The notes: generated by a model from the letters alone, not told the origin. A DNA stretch of 64,000 nt from Acidobacteriota bacterium (GCA_965222655.1 CBDCUP010000010.1:372848-436847); one strand, 5' to 3'; counted from the first letter of the stretch, positions 9,623 through 19,672 are shown. Program-made: numbers and translations.

Positions 9623-11596
9623 GTGGGCACTACCTTTACCACACTCGACCTGATCATCTTCTTCGGGTCGCTGACCGCGGTCATGGCGATCGGTCTGCTT
9701 GCCGGGCGCAAGGAGGAAACCTCAGAGGACTACTTCCTCGCCGGTAGAAGGATTCCGTGGTGGGGCGTGGCCGGATCGATCTTTGGCAGTAACGTCAGTG
9801 CCAACCACATGATTGGCATGATGGGCATTGGCTTCAGTGTGGGCTTCGCTCAAAGCCATTTCGAACTGGGAGCGATCGCCGGTTTGATGCTCCTTTGCTA
9901 CGGCTTCCTGCCGGTCTATCGAAAGCTGAAGGTCTACACTCTCGCTGAATACCTGGGCCTACGCTACGACGATCGTAGCCGTCTCGCCTACGCCGTCATC
10001 ATGATCTTGATCATGGCGGTGGTCCAGTTGGTTCCTGCCCTCTACATCGGAGCCCGGTCGACCTGCATCCTGATGGGCGGAGAGGCGGTCGAGCAGGTTT
10101 CGCTCGCCGTCGATCCCGCGGCCGACTCAACCGACTCAGCCATTTCGTCGAGCTCGTCAACCGGCTCGGACCAGGTTGAGAATGAACCCTCTACCAGACT
10201 CAACGTTAATCGCTTCTACTACGCTTTGTTCGTGATCGCCCTGGCCGTGATATCAGCCAGCTACACGATCTTTGGAGGCCTGAAGGCGGTCATTTGGACT
10301 GATGTAATGCAGTCGTTCCTGCTGCTCCTGGCCGGAATTGTCCTGGCATTGCTCACTTTCGACCAGATCGGTGGCTGGGGCGAGATGATGCTGCGAGATC
10401 GAGCGGGAGATGGAAAGATGCACCTGTATCTTCCCAGCCACCATCCCGAACTCCCGTGGACTGGAGTACTGACAGGTCTGATGGCCCTGCACTTCTTCTA
10501 CTGGGGAACCAATCAATTCATCGTGCAGCGGGCGCTGGCGGCACGCAGCTACTCCGAGGCTCGGATCGGCATCGTGGCCGCAGGTTTCTTGAAGCTGCTG
10601 ATTCCCTTCTTCGCTATCGGCACCGGCGTGGCCGCCTTCTACTTGTTCCAGGAGCGGCTTCCCCACCGTACCATCGCTCCCGATACTGCTTTCACAGAGC
10701 TGGTTCTGCTTGTGGTACAGCCAATCGGTTTCGGCATCGTCGGGTGTATTTCAGCGGGCGTCATCGGAGCGATCCTGTCCTCGATCGACTCGATGATGAA
10801 CTCGGCAGCGACAATTGTCACGATGGACATCTATCGGAAATACATCAATCCCAACGCCACCGATGCCCAGATGATCCGAATCGGCCGGCTCTCAATTGTC
10901 GCGTTCGTGTCGCTGGCCGCCCTGATGGCGATCTGGGTGCTCGACCCCAACTCGGACAAGAACTTCTTTCTCCAGATCGTCGATTACCAGGGCTATTTGA
11001 CTCCTGGGCTACTGGTCGTGTTTGTGCTGGGACTCTTCTGGAGGGGCGCGACGGCTACCGGTGCCTTCACCACGATCCTTGCCGGAGTTCCCCTCTCCGG
11101 GCTGGTGGAACTGGTCTACAATTCCTACCTGGGGACGATACCCGGGATCACAGTCTATCTGGGGGAGCGGCTCAACTTCTTCCACCGCGTCTTTGCCGTG
11201 ATTGTCTTGTGCTGCGTTGTCCACGTCCTGGTCAGCCGACTCGGTGGGAAGGATCAGAAGAAGCAGTCTCTGGTGTGGGCCGATCTCGGGGATCGTGATC
11301 CCAGGGCTCTCCGCCGTTTGCTCTACTTCCTGCTACTCTGGATCTCTACCCTGGCTGGGCTCGGCTTTGCCCTTCATTCGGGCCAGATTTCACCCACTCT
11401 GGGGGCCTGGCTGGGCGCGCTAACGACACTACTTCTACTACCCTTCGCCCGGGCTGCCGGCCTCGGTTCTGATCGCGGAGACGATACTCGAGGCAACACT
11501 CCCTCGACTCCAGGGACTGGACTGCTCAAAGACGACCTGACCTGGGCAAGCCTCCTCTGCTCTGCAGCCGTGTTCATGATGTACTACTTCTACTGA
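9623..11596 (+). CDS. Sodium:solute symporter (SSS family, sugar/inositol type)
   Basis: DYFLAGRRIPWW, TIFGGLKAVIWTDVMQ, YWGTNQFIVQRALAA, SSIDSMMNSAAT. GTG start at 9623; the longer ORF start overlaps ehuB. Confidence 0.88.
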   Translation: MGTTFTTLDLIIFFGSLTAVMAIGLLAGRKEETSEDYFLAGRRIPWWGVAGSIFGSNVSANHMIGMMGIGFSVGFAQSHFELGAIAGLMLLCYGFLPVYRKLKVYTLAEYLGLRYDDRSRLAYAVIMILIMAVVQLVPALYIGARSTCILMGGEAVEQVSLAVDPAADSTDSAISSSSSTGSDQVENEPSTRLNVNRFYYALFVIALAVISASYTIFGGLKAVIWTDVMQSFLLLLAGIVLALLTFDQIGGWGEMMLRDRAGDGKMHLYLPSHHPELPWTGVLTGLMALHFFYWGTNQFIVQRALAARSYSEARIGIVAAGFLKLLIPFFAIGTGVAAFYLFQERLPHRTIAPDTAFTELVLLVVQPIGFGIVGCISAGVIGAILSSIDSMMNSAATIVTMDIYRKYINPNATDAQMIRIGRLSIVAFVSLAALMAIWVLDPNSDKNFFLQIVDYQGYLTPGLLVVFVLGLFWRGATATGAFTTILAGVPLSGLVELVYNSYLGTIPGITVYLGERLNFFHRVFAVIVLCCVVHVLVSRLGGKDQKKQSLVWADLGDRDPRALRRLLYFLLLWISTLAGLGFALHSGQISPTLGAWLGALTTLLLLPFARAAGLGSDRGDDTRGNTPSTPGTGLLKDDLTWASLLCSAAVFMMYYFY

Positions 11597-11764
11597 TCCG
11601 TCTGGCACCTGGAGACGGGACTGACTACGTTTGGTGGGAATCCTTCGTGACTTTCGAGTCAGGTTCGGAACGCAGGACACAAGAACGCCCACCCCCAGGT
11701 TGCGGTTTTCAGGTGCCTTGGCCCAAAGGGTCGGGATCCTTGGCTTCGAAGATCAAGAGAGGTC

Positions 11765-11978
11765 AATCCCAACGGGATTGTGTCTGCTAGCCCAGGGTTT
11801 CTGAACCCTGGGTACAGCTTAGCCCCACCAGAATCAACCCGGAACGGGTTGCGTACAAGGGGAATAGCGCCTCTCGATAGACTATGTACGCAACCCCCGA
11901 TGGGGTTGAAGCCAAGGGGAGGGTCGTTCACCCAGGGTTCGGAAACCCTGGGCTGACAGACGGAATCCCTTCAGGATT
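11765..11978. repeat. REPIN-like composite inverted repeat (nested hairpins)
   Basis: Left arm aatcccaacgggatt / gtctgctagcccagggtttctgaaccctgggt / aacccggaacgggttgcgtaca is mirrored by tgtacgcaacccccgatggggtt / acccagggttcggaaaccctgggctgacagac / aatcccttcaggatt. Confidence 0.8.
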
Positions 11979-12092
11979 CACGGACTCTCCGACTTCTGGA
12001 ATCAAATGTCAACGAGGCCAACGCCAAGGGCGGACTCGTGCACTTTGTTCGTGCAGATGCTTCCCTCTTGAAGTTGGGGCCGGTGCCTCTAG

Positions 12093-12267
12093 CCCGCATT
12101 TCTCACACCCAGTCTACTGCGAGGCCGCAATCATCCGCCCTGACTGTGTTACGCTCCGTCGGCCTCCTCGACGTACTGTCAAAGTACGACTGCGGTGGCC
12201 TCGGTCGCAAGCCTTGTCAGGACAGCGCTTTCGGCCTCTCGCTACGACCGGGTATGAGAAATGCGGG
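12093..12267. mobile_element. 175-bp MITE flanked by CTAG
   Basis: TIRs cccgcatttctcacacccagtc and gaccgggtatgagaaatgcggg (2 mismatches in 22); CTAG at 12089-12092 and 12268-12271. Confidence 0.8.
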
Positions 12268-12469
12268 CTAGGGAGATTGTGCGAAAACGCACTTCACCAC
12301 TGGTTGGTCTGAGGCGATGCCTCACCAGGCTGGAACTTCATCTGCTAGCTTGGATGCAAGAAGCGCGCAACCCATTGCTTTAAAGTTGGATAGGACTTTC
12401 TCCGAGCGATTGTCTGAAAACCGTGTCACGGCTTTCCAGGCCGTGCTTGTAGGTCCAGGCGGTTGGCTG

Positions 12470-12799
12470 TCACTCCTGGGAGGATTCCCCCACCACATCT
12501 TGAAGCCAGGAGAAGGCAGCCACAGTGGCCGGAAGCCCGAGGGTCGAGGCGGCCAGGGCCACCACTTGCTCCATCTCTTCAGTCGTGATTCCGATGGCTT
12601 CCCCTTTGCGAACGTTGGAGTGGACAGCGCCTTCTCTCATCGCTCCGATGGCGATACCTAGCTTGACAAGCCGCACAGTCTTGCCGTCTAGCGGGCCCTC
12701 CTGTCCCTGTTCTGCCATAAGGTCCCAGGCCTGTGACAGTTTCGGATAGCGCCGAACGAATCTCTGGTACATCTTCGGAGGTTTCGGTGACACGCTCAT
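12470..12799 (-). CDS. Carboxymuconolactone decarboxylase/AhpD-family protein
   Basis: GPLDGKTVRLVKLGIAIG...AVHSNVRKG..G.T.EEMEQV; ATG at 12799 gives 109 aa. Confidence 0.78.
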   Translation of the reverse strand: MSVSPKPPKMYQRFVRRYPKLSQAWDLMAEQGQEGPLDGKTVRLVKLGIAIGAMREGAVHSNVRKGEAIGITTEEMEQVVALAASTLGLPATVAAFSWLQDVVGESSQE

Positions 12800-12917
12800 A
12801 CTCACATCCTGACTACTGGTGCTCGAACATTGAAGTTTCCGGGAGCCCCCCATCCCCAAGCCAATCGCTTCTCGAAAAAACTCAGTCCCATTCTCCTTGG
12901 CAGATCCCGAGATGGCC

Positions 12918-14363
12918 TCAAGCAAGCATCTGCTTGACGACATTTCCCCCGACATCGGTCAGACGAAAGTCTCTCCCCATGTGACGGTAGGTCAGATCGG
13001 TATGTTTCAGCCCCAGGCAGTGCAGAATGGTTGCCTGCAGGTCGTGCACCAGGACCTTGTCCTTCACCACGCTCAAGCCTAGCTCGTCGGTTTGCCCTAT
13101 GACCTGACCTCCCCTGATCCCTCCACCGGCAAGCCACATGCTGTAGCCCTTGGGATGATGGTCTCGTCCCGCGCCGTCGTCGGAGCCCTTGGCGGTCTGG
13201 GATACTTCACCCATGGGTGTGCGGCCGAACTCGCCTCCCCAAACGACCAGGGTCGAGTCCAGTAAGCCTCGCTGCTTGAGGTCCTTTATCAAGGCAGCAG
13301 CTGGCTTGTCGGTGATGTCGCAATTCTCCTTGAGCTTCTCGTTGAGTTTGTTGTGCTGATCCCAGCTTGCGTGAGCGAGCATCACGAAACGCACGCCCCG
13401 CTCCACCATTCGTCGAGCCAGCAGGCAGTTGGTTCCATACTGCTGGGTGATTTCCTCGTCGATACCGTACATCTCCCGGACGTGCCGGGGCTCGTCGGCA
13501 AAATCCAGCAAATCCGGAGCCGCTGACTGCATACGAAAGGCCAGTTCGTAAGATGCGATCCGCGAGGCGATCTCCAGGTCTCCGGTGTCCTGGCTATGCC
13601 TCGAGTTGAGATCACGGAGCGCGTCAAGTCCCAGTCTCTGCATCTCGGGGCTGACACCTGGGGGGTTGGAGAGGAACAGAATCGGATCTCCCGAGTTCCG
13701 AAAAACAACACCCTCATGACTCGAGGGCAGGAAGCCGCTGGACCAGTTGCTGGCACCTCCACTGGTACCCCTTCCAGAGCTCAGTACGACGAAGCCGGGT
13801 AGGTTTTCCGATTCGCTTCCCAAGCCATAGGTGACCCATGAACCTACCGTTGGACGACCGACCAGAGGACTCCCGCTCATGAGCAGCGATTGGCCGGGAT
13901 GGTGATTGAAGGCTTCGCTTTCCATCGAACGTACCAGGCAAATCTCATCGGCAATGGTACGGGTGTGGGGCAACCAGTCAGAGATCTCCATCCCGCTCTC
14001 ACCGCAAGGCTGGAACTGACGAGGGCTCGCCATCGCCGAAGCGTTGGGCTTGATAAAGGCCAACTGTAGATTCTCCGTCAGGGAGGAGGAAAAGGGCTTC
14101 CCATGCCACTTCTGCAATTCTGGCTTGGGATCGAACAAATCAATCTGGCTGGGTGCGCCTGCCATGAAAAGAAAAATGACGTTCTTGGCCCTGGGGGTGA
14201 AGTGAGGGAGCTTCGGAGCCAGAGGATTGATCACGATGCCGGTGCCTGCGGCTCGCCCTTCCGTGGCCAGGAGATGAGCCAGAGCGGCGGTCCCCAACCC
14301 GCCCACACAGTGATGCAAAAAACTCCGCCGCGATTGAATGCGTAAGTACTGCTCCAGGATCAT
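12918..14363 (-). CDS. DUF1501 domain-containing protein (Tat-type signal, sulfatase-like)
   Basis: SRRSFL twin-arginine motif; KNVIFLFMAGAPSQIDLFDPKP, WGGEFGRTP, GRDHHP, LAGGGIRGG. Confidence 0.88.
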   Translation of the reverse strand: MILEQYLRIQSRRSFLHHCVGGLGTAALAHLLATEGRAAGTGIVINPLAPKLPHFTPRAKNVIFLFMAGAPSQIDLFDPKPELQKWHGKPFSSSLTENLQLAFIKPNASAMASPRQFQPCGESGMEISDWLPHTRTIADEICLVRSMESEAFNHHPGQSLLMSGSPLVGRPTVGSWVTYGLGSESENLPGFVVLSSGRGTSGGASNWSSGFLPSSHEGVVFRNSGDPILFLSNPPGVSPEMQRLGLDALRDLNSRHSQDTGDLEIASRIASYELAFRMQSAAPDLLDFADEPRHVREMYGIDEEITQQYGTNCLLARRMVERGVRFVMLAHASWDQHNKLNEKLKENCDITDKPAAALIKDLKQRGLLDSTLVVWGGEFGRTPMGEVSQTAKGSDDGAGRDHHPKGYSMWLAGGGIRGGQVIGQTDELGLSVVKDKVLVHDLQATILHCLGLKHTDLTYRHMGRDFRLTDVGGNVVKQMLA

Positions 14364-14367
14364 TGAT

Positions 14368-16662
14368 TTACTCCCTCGAGATGAACTCATCGAGATTCAA
14401 GAGAATTCGACTCATACCCACCCAGACCGAAGCTTCAACCGGGTCGATTCCATCTAGCTGAGCTGGAAACAGGGATTTCGGTGCAGCAGGGTCCTTCTCC
14501 AGTAGTTTCCTTTGCTCCACAGAAAAGGCGTAAAGACGTTCCTGCTCGGCGGTTGTAGCCCCTCGAATCAAGCAAAGTCGAAAGGCGTGGTCGAGGCGCG
14601 AGCGGAAATCGCTGCCGGGAGATTCCCAAAGAACGCGTGCTGCCAGAGCCTGCGATGCCTCGAAGAAGACAGGATCGTTCAACAGATTCAATGCCTGAAG
14701 CGGCGTGTTGGAACGCTCCCGACTGCAGGCGGCGGTACTGGCCTCGGGAGCATCGAAGTTCGCCAAAAAGGGATAAGGAACCGTTCGCTGGTAATGGATG
14801 TAAAGAGAGCGGCGGTATATGTCTGGTCCTTTACTGGTATCCCATTTTATGCCGTCGCCATATCCCAGCTTGGCAACGCCCTCCGGCAAGGGTGGTCGAA
14901 CACTCGGTCCCCCGATCCTCTTATCCAGAAGGCCGCTGGCCGCCAGCACACTGTCCCGAATCAACTCAGCCGGCAGTCGTACTCGCAACTGCCGGGCCAG
15001 CAAGACATTTCCAGGGTCCCGCTCCAGCAGTTCGGGTCGGGTCCTGGAGGACTGACGATAGGTTGCCGAGCTGACAATCAAGCGGTGGATATGCTTTAGA
15101 CTCCAGCCGCTTCGGATCAACTCACTGCCCAACCAATCGAGAAGCCTTGGATGTGAGGGAGGCTCCCCCTGGGTGCCAAAGTTTTCTGAGGTTGGGACCA
15201 GTCCCCTGCCAAAGTATTCCTGCCAGATCCGATTTACCGTCACCCGAGCGGTCAGGGGATTCTCAGGGGAGATCAGCCACCTCGCAAGATCGAGTCTGGT
15301 GGCGTTACCGGAAACACCCAACCTCCCCAGAAACTTCGGTATTTCGGAGTCCACTTCCAGGCCCGGAAGATCCCACTGCCCGCGCAGGTGGATATGGGTG
15401 TTGCCAGGCTTGGGGCTGCGTTTCATGGTCTGTGCCCGACTCAGCCCCGGAAAGGACTCCTCCAGGGCATCTAACTTCTCATCGAGCTCCTTGAATCTGG
15501 TTTGCTCAAACTCCTCCTCTGTCAGCACTCGCTTATAGTTCTTGACGAAGAACTTGGAGAGGAGATAGGCATCCCGAGGCGTCCTTTCGCTGGGGTCGGT
15601 GTGCAGGATCCGCTGTCCATCTTCGCCGTCATCCACATAGATGCGCAGGATGTCGTAGGTGAGATCCCAGAGGGGTAACTTTCCGGGCGCCGCTCCAGCC
15701 TGCCTTAATCTTTCCTCCCAAGGAGGCTGCAGATCGGGGACTCCGTATTGCTTCAGAAGCTCCTTTTTGTTTCGTTCAAACTCGGGAAGCGCACGCAAAT
15801 ACGGTCCCATCTCACCTGCGAGAGGTGCGTCGATATTGACTTCATTGGCGCTGTCGAAGAAGGAAAAAAAGCGGTAGAAGTCCTTCTGGGATATCGGATC
15901 ATACTTATGGTCATGACATTGGGCGCAGCCTACGGTCAGTCCTAGCCAGACGGTCCCTACGGTCGCCGTTCGATCGACTACCTCTTCGAACCGGTACTGA
16001 TCCACATCGACACCCCCCTCGATGTTTTTGAGGGTGTTCCGATGAAATCCAGTCGCGACTTTTTGTTCTGTGGTCGCACTGGGAAGCAGGTCCCCGGCCA
16101 GCTGTTCGATGGTGAATTGGTCGAAGGGTAAGCCTCTATTCAGGGCATTGATCACCCAATGACGATACCGCCAGGCATGCGGTCTCGGGTTGTCCTTTTC
16201 GTATCCGTCACTGTCGGCGTAGCGTGCCTGGTCGAGCCAATGCCTGGCCCACTTTTCACCATAGTGTTCGGATTCCAGCAGTTGCTCGACTAGCTGCTCG
16301 TAGGACCGGCTGCTGTCGTCGGCCAAGAATCTGGACGACTCCTCGGGCGAAGGCGGCAAACCTGCCAGGTCCAGACTCACGCGGCGCAGCAGAGTCACCT
16401 TGTCGGTTTCTGGAGACGGTTCGATCCCCTCGGATTCAAGCCTGGCCAGGACAAAATTGTCGATAGGATTTCGTACCCAAGCCTGATTCCGAACCACGGG
16501 CGGTTGAGGCCTGCGGAGCAGCTCAAAGGCCCAATGACCTTTTTCCTGGATAGGAGCGACGGAGGAAGCGACTTCTGAGCCCTGGGCGCGGACACAGGTC
16601 CCGACGGTCAACAATGCCAGAATCAGGATCTGGGATCTGGTATACAACGTCAGATATCGCAT
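14368..16662 (-). CDS. DUF1549/DUF1553 (PSCyt2/PSD1) domain protein
   Basis: RNPIDNF, LLRRVSLDLAGLPP, WARHWLDQARYADSDG, CAQCHDHKYDPISQ, NPLTARVTVNR, PLQALNLLND; directly upstream of DUF1501. Confidence 0.88.
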   Translation of the reverse strand: MRYLTLYTRSQILILALLTVGTCVRAQGSEVASSVAPIQEKGHWAFELLRRPQPPVVRNQAWVRNPIDNFVLARLESEGIEPSPETDKVTLLRRVSLDLAGLPPSPEESSRFLADDSSRSYEQLVEQLLESEHYGEKWARHWLDQARYADSDGYEKDNPRPHAWRYRHWVINALNRGLPFDQFTIEQLAGDLLPSATTEQKVATGFHRNTLKNIEGGVDVDQYRFEEVVDRTATVGTVWLGLTVGCAQCHDHKYDPISQKDFYRFFSFFDSANEVNIDAPLAGEMGPYLRALPEFERNKKELLKQYGVPDLQPPWEERLRQAGAAPGKLPLWDLTYDILRIYVDDGEDGQRILHTDPSERTPRDAYLLSKFFVKNYKRVLTEEEFEQTRFKELDEKLDALEESFPGLSRAQTMKRSPKPGNTHIHLRGQWDLPGLEVDSEIPKFLGRLGVSGNATRLDLARWLISPENPLTARVTVNRIWQEYFGRGLVPTSENFGTQGEPPSHPRLLDWLGSELIRSGWSLKHIHRLIVSSATYRQSSRTRPELLERDPGNVLLARQLRVRLPAELIRDSVLAASGLLDKRIGGPSVRPPLPEGVAKLGYGDGIKWDTSKGPDIYRRSLYIHYQRTVPYPFLANFDAPEASTAACSRERSNTPLQALNLLNDPVFFEASQALAARVLWESPGSDFRSRLDHAFRLCLIRGATTAEQERLYAFSVEQRKLLEKDPAAPKSLFPAQLDGIDPVEASVWVGMSRILLNLDEFISRE

Positions 16663-16876
16663 TCTTTCTCCTTCGCAGCCACGATTCTACGCCCCCGAGT
16701 ACTCTAAACCAACCGCAGGGACTCGTGCTGTAAGCGCCGGATCTCTAGCCGACGAGTGGGGCAACAGCTCGCGGCCGTACCTGACAAGTCCCACTGCTGC
16801 CTTTCTACCCCCTGGGAGATTCAATCCAGGTTTAGAGCGAGATACAATTTAACCTATACGATAGACTATAGCCGCC

Positions 16877-18025
16877 ATGAAATATGACTTGCTCATCAAG
16901 GGCGGAACACTCGTCGATCCGGCCGAGGGCATTCACGCTCACAAGGATATTGGCTTTGCGAACAACCTGGTCTCCGAGATAGGCGACAATCTACCCGAGC
17001 AGGAAGCACGAAATGTCCTGGATGCCAGGGAACGTCTGGTAACACCGGGAATGATCGATCTGCATGTCCATGTCTTTCCCGGGGTCAGCCACTTCGGAAT
17101 CGACCCAGATCCGACCTGCCTTGCGAGGGGCGCTACCACAGTCGTCGATGCCGGATCCGCCGGTGCTGATACCTTTCCGGGTTTCCGCAAGTTCGTGATC
17201 GACGTCAGCGCCACCCGTATTTTTGCACAACTCAATATCTCGTCCCAGGGCATGTTGACCGAGGAGATCGGTGAGTTCGAGATTCCGGAGTATGCGAACG
17301 TCGACAAGGCTTGCAAGATGATCGAGCAGCACCGCGACGTGATCCTGGGTGTGAAGGTGCGCCTGACCCGAGACACTATCGTCAGTGAGCGCTCGGGCAT
17401 GCTGCCATTGGAGCGTGCCCGCGAGGCCGCAGATGCCTGCGGATTGCCAATCATGGTTCATCCTCAAGCGGCCTGGTGTGACTCGATTGACGACATATTG
17501 AACATCATGCGCGAGCGCGACATCCTCACTCACTGCTTTCACGGCATGCAGTGCGGCATTCTGGATGAGCAAGGTCAAGTGCGCCACTCGGTTCACGAAG
17601 CCATGGAGCGAGGCGTTATTTTCGACGTGGGACACGGCGCTGGATCTTTTTCCTGGAGAGTGGTTGAGAGCGCTTTGGAACAGGGGATTCAGCCACAAAC
17701 CATCTCATCGGATCTCCACATCTACAACGTGAACGGACCCGTTTACGATCTGGCCAACGTCGTCACCAAGTTCCTACACCTGGGTCTGTCTCTGGATGAG
17801 GCCATTGCCAAGGTCACCTCGATCCCAGCTCGTACCATCTTGATGGAGGATAAGATAGGCACCCTCGCCGCTGGAGCTTGGGGCGACGCTACGATTTTCG
17901 AGCTGCGCCAGGGCAGGTTCCAGTTACTGGATGCCCTGGGCGAAACTCGATCAGCAAACCGGAGTCTGGAACCGGTTGCCGTGGTCAAGGGCGGGCGGCT
18001 CTACCGCCAAGCAAGGAACTCGTGA
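16877..18025 (+). CDS. Amidohydrolase/deacetylase-family metallohydrolase (dihydroorotase-like)
   Basis: PGMIDLHVH, GATTVVDAGSAG, carboxylatable K (GVKVR), THCFHG, FDVGHGAGSF, ISSDLH. Confidence 0.85.
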   Translation: MKYDLLIKGGTLVDPAEGIHAHKDIGFANNLVSEIGDNLPEQEARNVLDARERLVTPGMIDLHVHVFPGVSHFGIDPDPTCLARGATTVVDAGSAGADTFPGFRKFVIDVSATRIFAQLNISSQGMLTEEIGEFEIPEYANVDKACKMIEQHRDVILGVKVRLTRDTIVSERSGMLPLERAREAADACGLPIMVHPQAAWCDSIDDILNIMRERDILTHCFHGMQCGILDEQGQVRHSVHEAMERGVIFDVGHGAGSFSWRVVESALEQGIQPQTISSDLHIYNVNGPVYDLANVVTKFLHLGLSLDEAIAKVTSIPARTILMEDKIGTLAAGAWGDATIFELRQGRFQLLDALGETRSANRSLEPVAVVKGGRLYRQARNS

Positions 18026-18079
18026 ACTGTAACCCCTGAATCGTAGCGCATGAGTCTGCGCGGCAGATCATCGCAGCCT

Positions 18080-18505
18080 ATGAATTTTTTCGACAAGCTA
18101 GTATTCCTGGTGGGTCTAGCACTCTGTTTCCTGGGTGCACTCGGCCTCATCGGCAGTCTTGGAAACCTGGTGGATCCAAAGAATACGTCTGTGTGGACAT
18201 ACGTTCTGGCGACTCTGTTTCTGGGAATTCTGCCTTCCGCTCTTGGCCTATGGATCTGTCGTCATGCCAGACAAAAGGGCAAACGACGAGCCAGTGAGGC
18301 CGCCGAGCGAACCATCCTCCAGCTGGCTCGTGAGCGGAATGGGAAACTCACCGTCGCCGATGTAGCGATGAACACCTCGCTCTCATCTTCCAAAGCCAAG
18401 GAAGCACTCGACCAGCTTGATCTCGATCGGCTCGCAGATATGCATGTCTCCGAATCGGGTGTGGTCGTTTATCACATTCATGGCGTGGGCGAGGACGGCG
18501 GCTAG
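18080..18505 (+). CDS. Hypothetical membrane protein (2 TM + C-terminal winged-helix-like segment)
   Basis: Two hydrophobic helices, then ILQLARERNGKLTVADVAMNTSLS...VSESGVVVYH. Confidence 0.6.
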   Translation: MNFFDKLVFLVGLALCFLGALGLIGSLGNLVDPKNTSVWTYVLATLFLGILPSALGLWICRHARQKGKRRASEAAERTILQLARERNGKLTVADVAMNTSLSSSKAKEALDQLDLDRLADMHVSESGVVVYHIHGVGEDGG

Positions 18506-18813
18506 ACGTCTCAATCCGTCCTGGCGCTCCAACTCCGATCCAGCCAAACAAGACCACGATCGACTCGTTCAAGCAGCAGTGCCTTCCCGGAAATTTGTCC
18601 CCTTCAGTGTGTCTTGGAAACTGAGGCAAACAGCGAAATAGGGCGCAGCTAGGGTGCCGAGTCGCACCCCCCTCACTTAACAGTCTCGGAATTTCAATCA
18701 AGTGAGCTGTTCTCTGAGACCGCCCTTTCGTCACAGCCGGGGTGTCCCGAAACAGCCTTTTACGGCCTTGGCCGTCGGCACGAAGTGCCTACTTAAATTA
18801 CCTGGCTAGAGCC

Positions 18814-18841
18814 TAAAGATTTCGGGGCTACGTGTCGAAAA
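18814..18841 (+). promoter_or_regulatory. Possible sigma28 promoter of motA
   Basis: TAAA-N16-GTCGAAAA versus consensus TAAA-N15-GCCGATAA; imperfect. Confidence 0.4.
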
Positions 18842-18889
18842 ATACTAGGGAGCAGGTTCACATCGACTCTCTCGTACCTGTAGGGCATT

Positions 18890-19672
18890 ATGGATATCGG
18901 AACTCTCGTTGGAATCATCTCTGCATTCATCCTGGTCGCCCTTGCGATGGTGGTAGGGGGGCAACCCCAGGTATTCATTGACCCACCCTCCCTGCTAATC
19001 GTCTTCTGTGGAACCGCTGCCACGACTTTCGTACAGTTTCCCGTCGCCCGTGTGAAGCGGACACTTGCTGTCGTCAAGAACGCATTTTCATTCTCCATCA
19101 GGACACCCGAAGATCTGATCGAGGAGCTGGTAGAGCTATGCCGGACTTCGCGCCAGAAGGGACTGCTCTCACTCGACGACTATAAAACCGATGATGCCTT
19201 TCTCAAACAGGGCATCCAGCTCGTTGTGGATGGGACGGGTGAAGAAGCCGTTCAACAGATCCTGTCCATCGACATTGCCAATCTCCAGCGCCGCCATCGT
19301 GAAGGACAGGAGGTCCTGAAGGGGATCGCGGAGACGGCGCCAGCGTTCGGAATGATCGGGACCCTGATCGGTCTTATCATGATGTTGGCCAACATGGACG
19401 ACGTTAGCAGCCTGGGACCGTCGATGGCCACAGCCATCACAACCACACTCTATGGAGCCTTGGTTGCCAACCTGGCAGCATCCCCCCTGGCCAAGAAGCT
19501 GGCGATCCGCAGCCAGGAGGAAACACTGAACCGAGAACTGACCCTGGAAGGTCTGCTCAATCTGCTCAGAGGCGAAAACTCTCAGATTCTGCAGAGCGTT
19601 CTTGGAGCCTTCCTGGCCCGAAAGGAGCTAGGCGAGCCAGCTGACGAAGAGCCCGAAGCGAAGGCAGCCTAG
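18890..19672 (+). CDS. motA: Flagellar stator protein MotA/PomA
   Basis: MDIGTLVG, FIDPPSLLIV.GT, RQKGLLSL, PAFGMIGTLIGLIMML.N, AITTTLYG; 260 aa. Confidence 0.88.
   Translation: MDIGTLVGIISAFILVALAMVVGGQPQVFIDPPSLLIVFCGTAATTFVQFPVARVKRTLAVVKNAFSFSIRTPEDLIEELVELCRTSRQKGLLSLDDYKTDDAFLKQGIQLVVDGTGEEAVQQILSIDIANLQRRHREGQEVLKGIAETAPAFGMIGTLIGLIMMLANMDDVSSLGPSMATAITTTLYGALVANLAASPLAKKLAIRSQEETLNRELTLEGLLNLLRGENSQILQSVLGAFLARKELGEPADEEPEAKAA

Noticed and set aside
10100-10200. Ser-rich low-complexity loop in the symporter
   Set aside because: No tandem periodicity; ordinary extracellular loop expansion.
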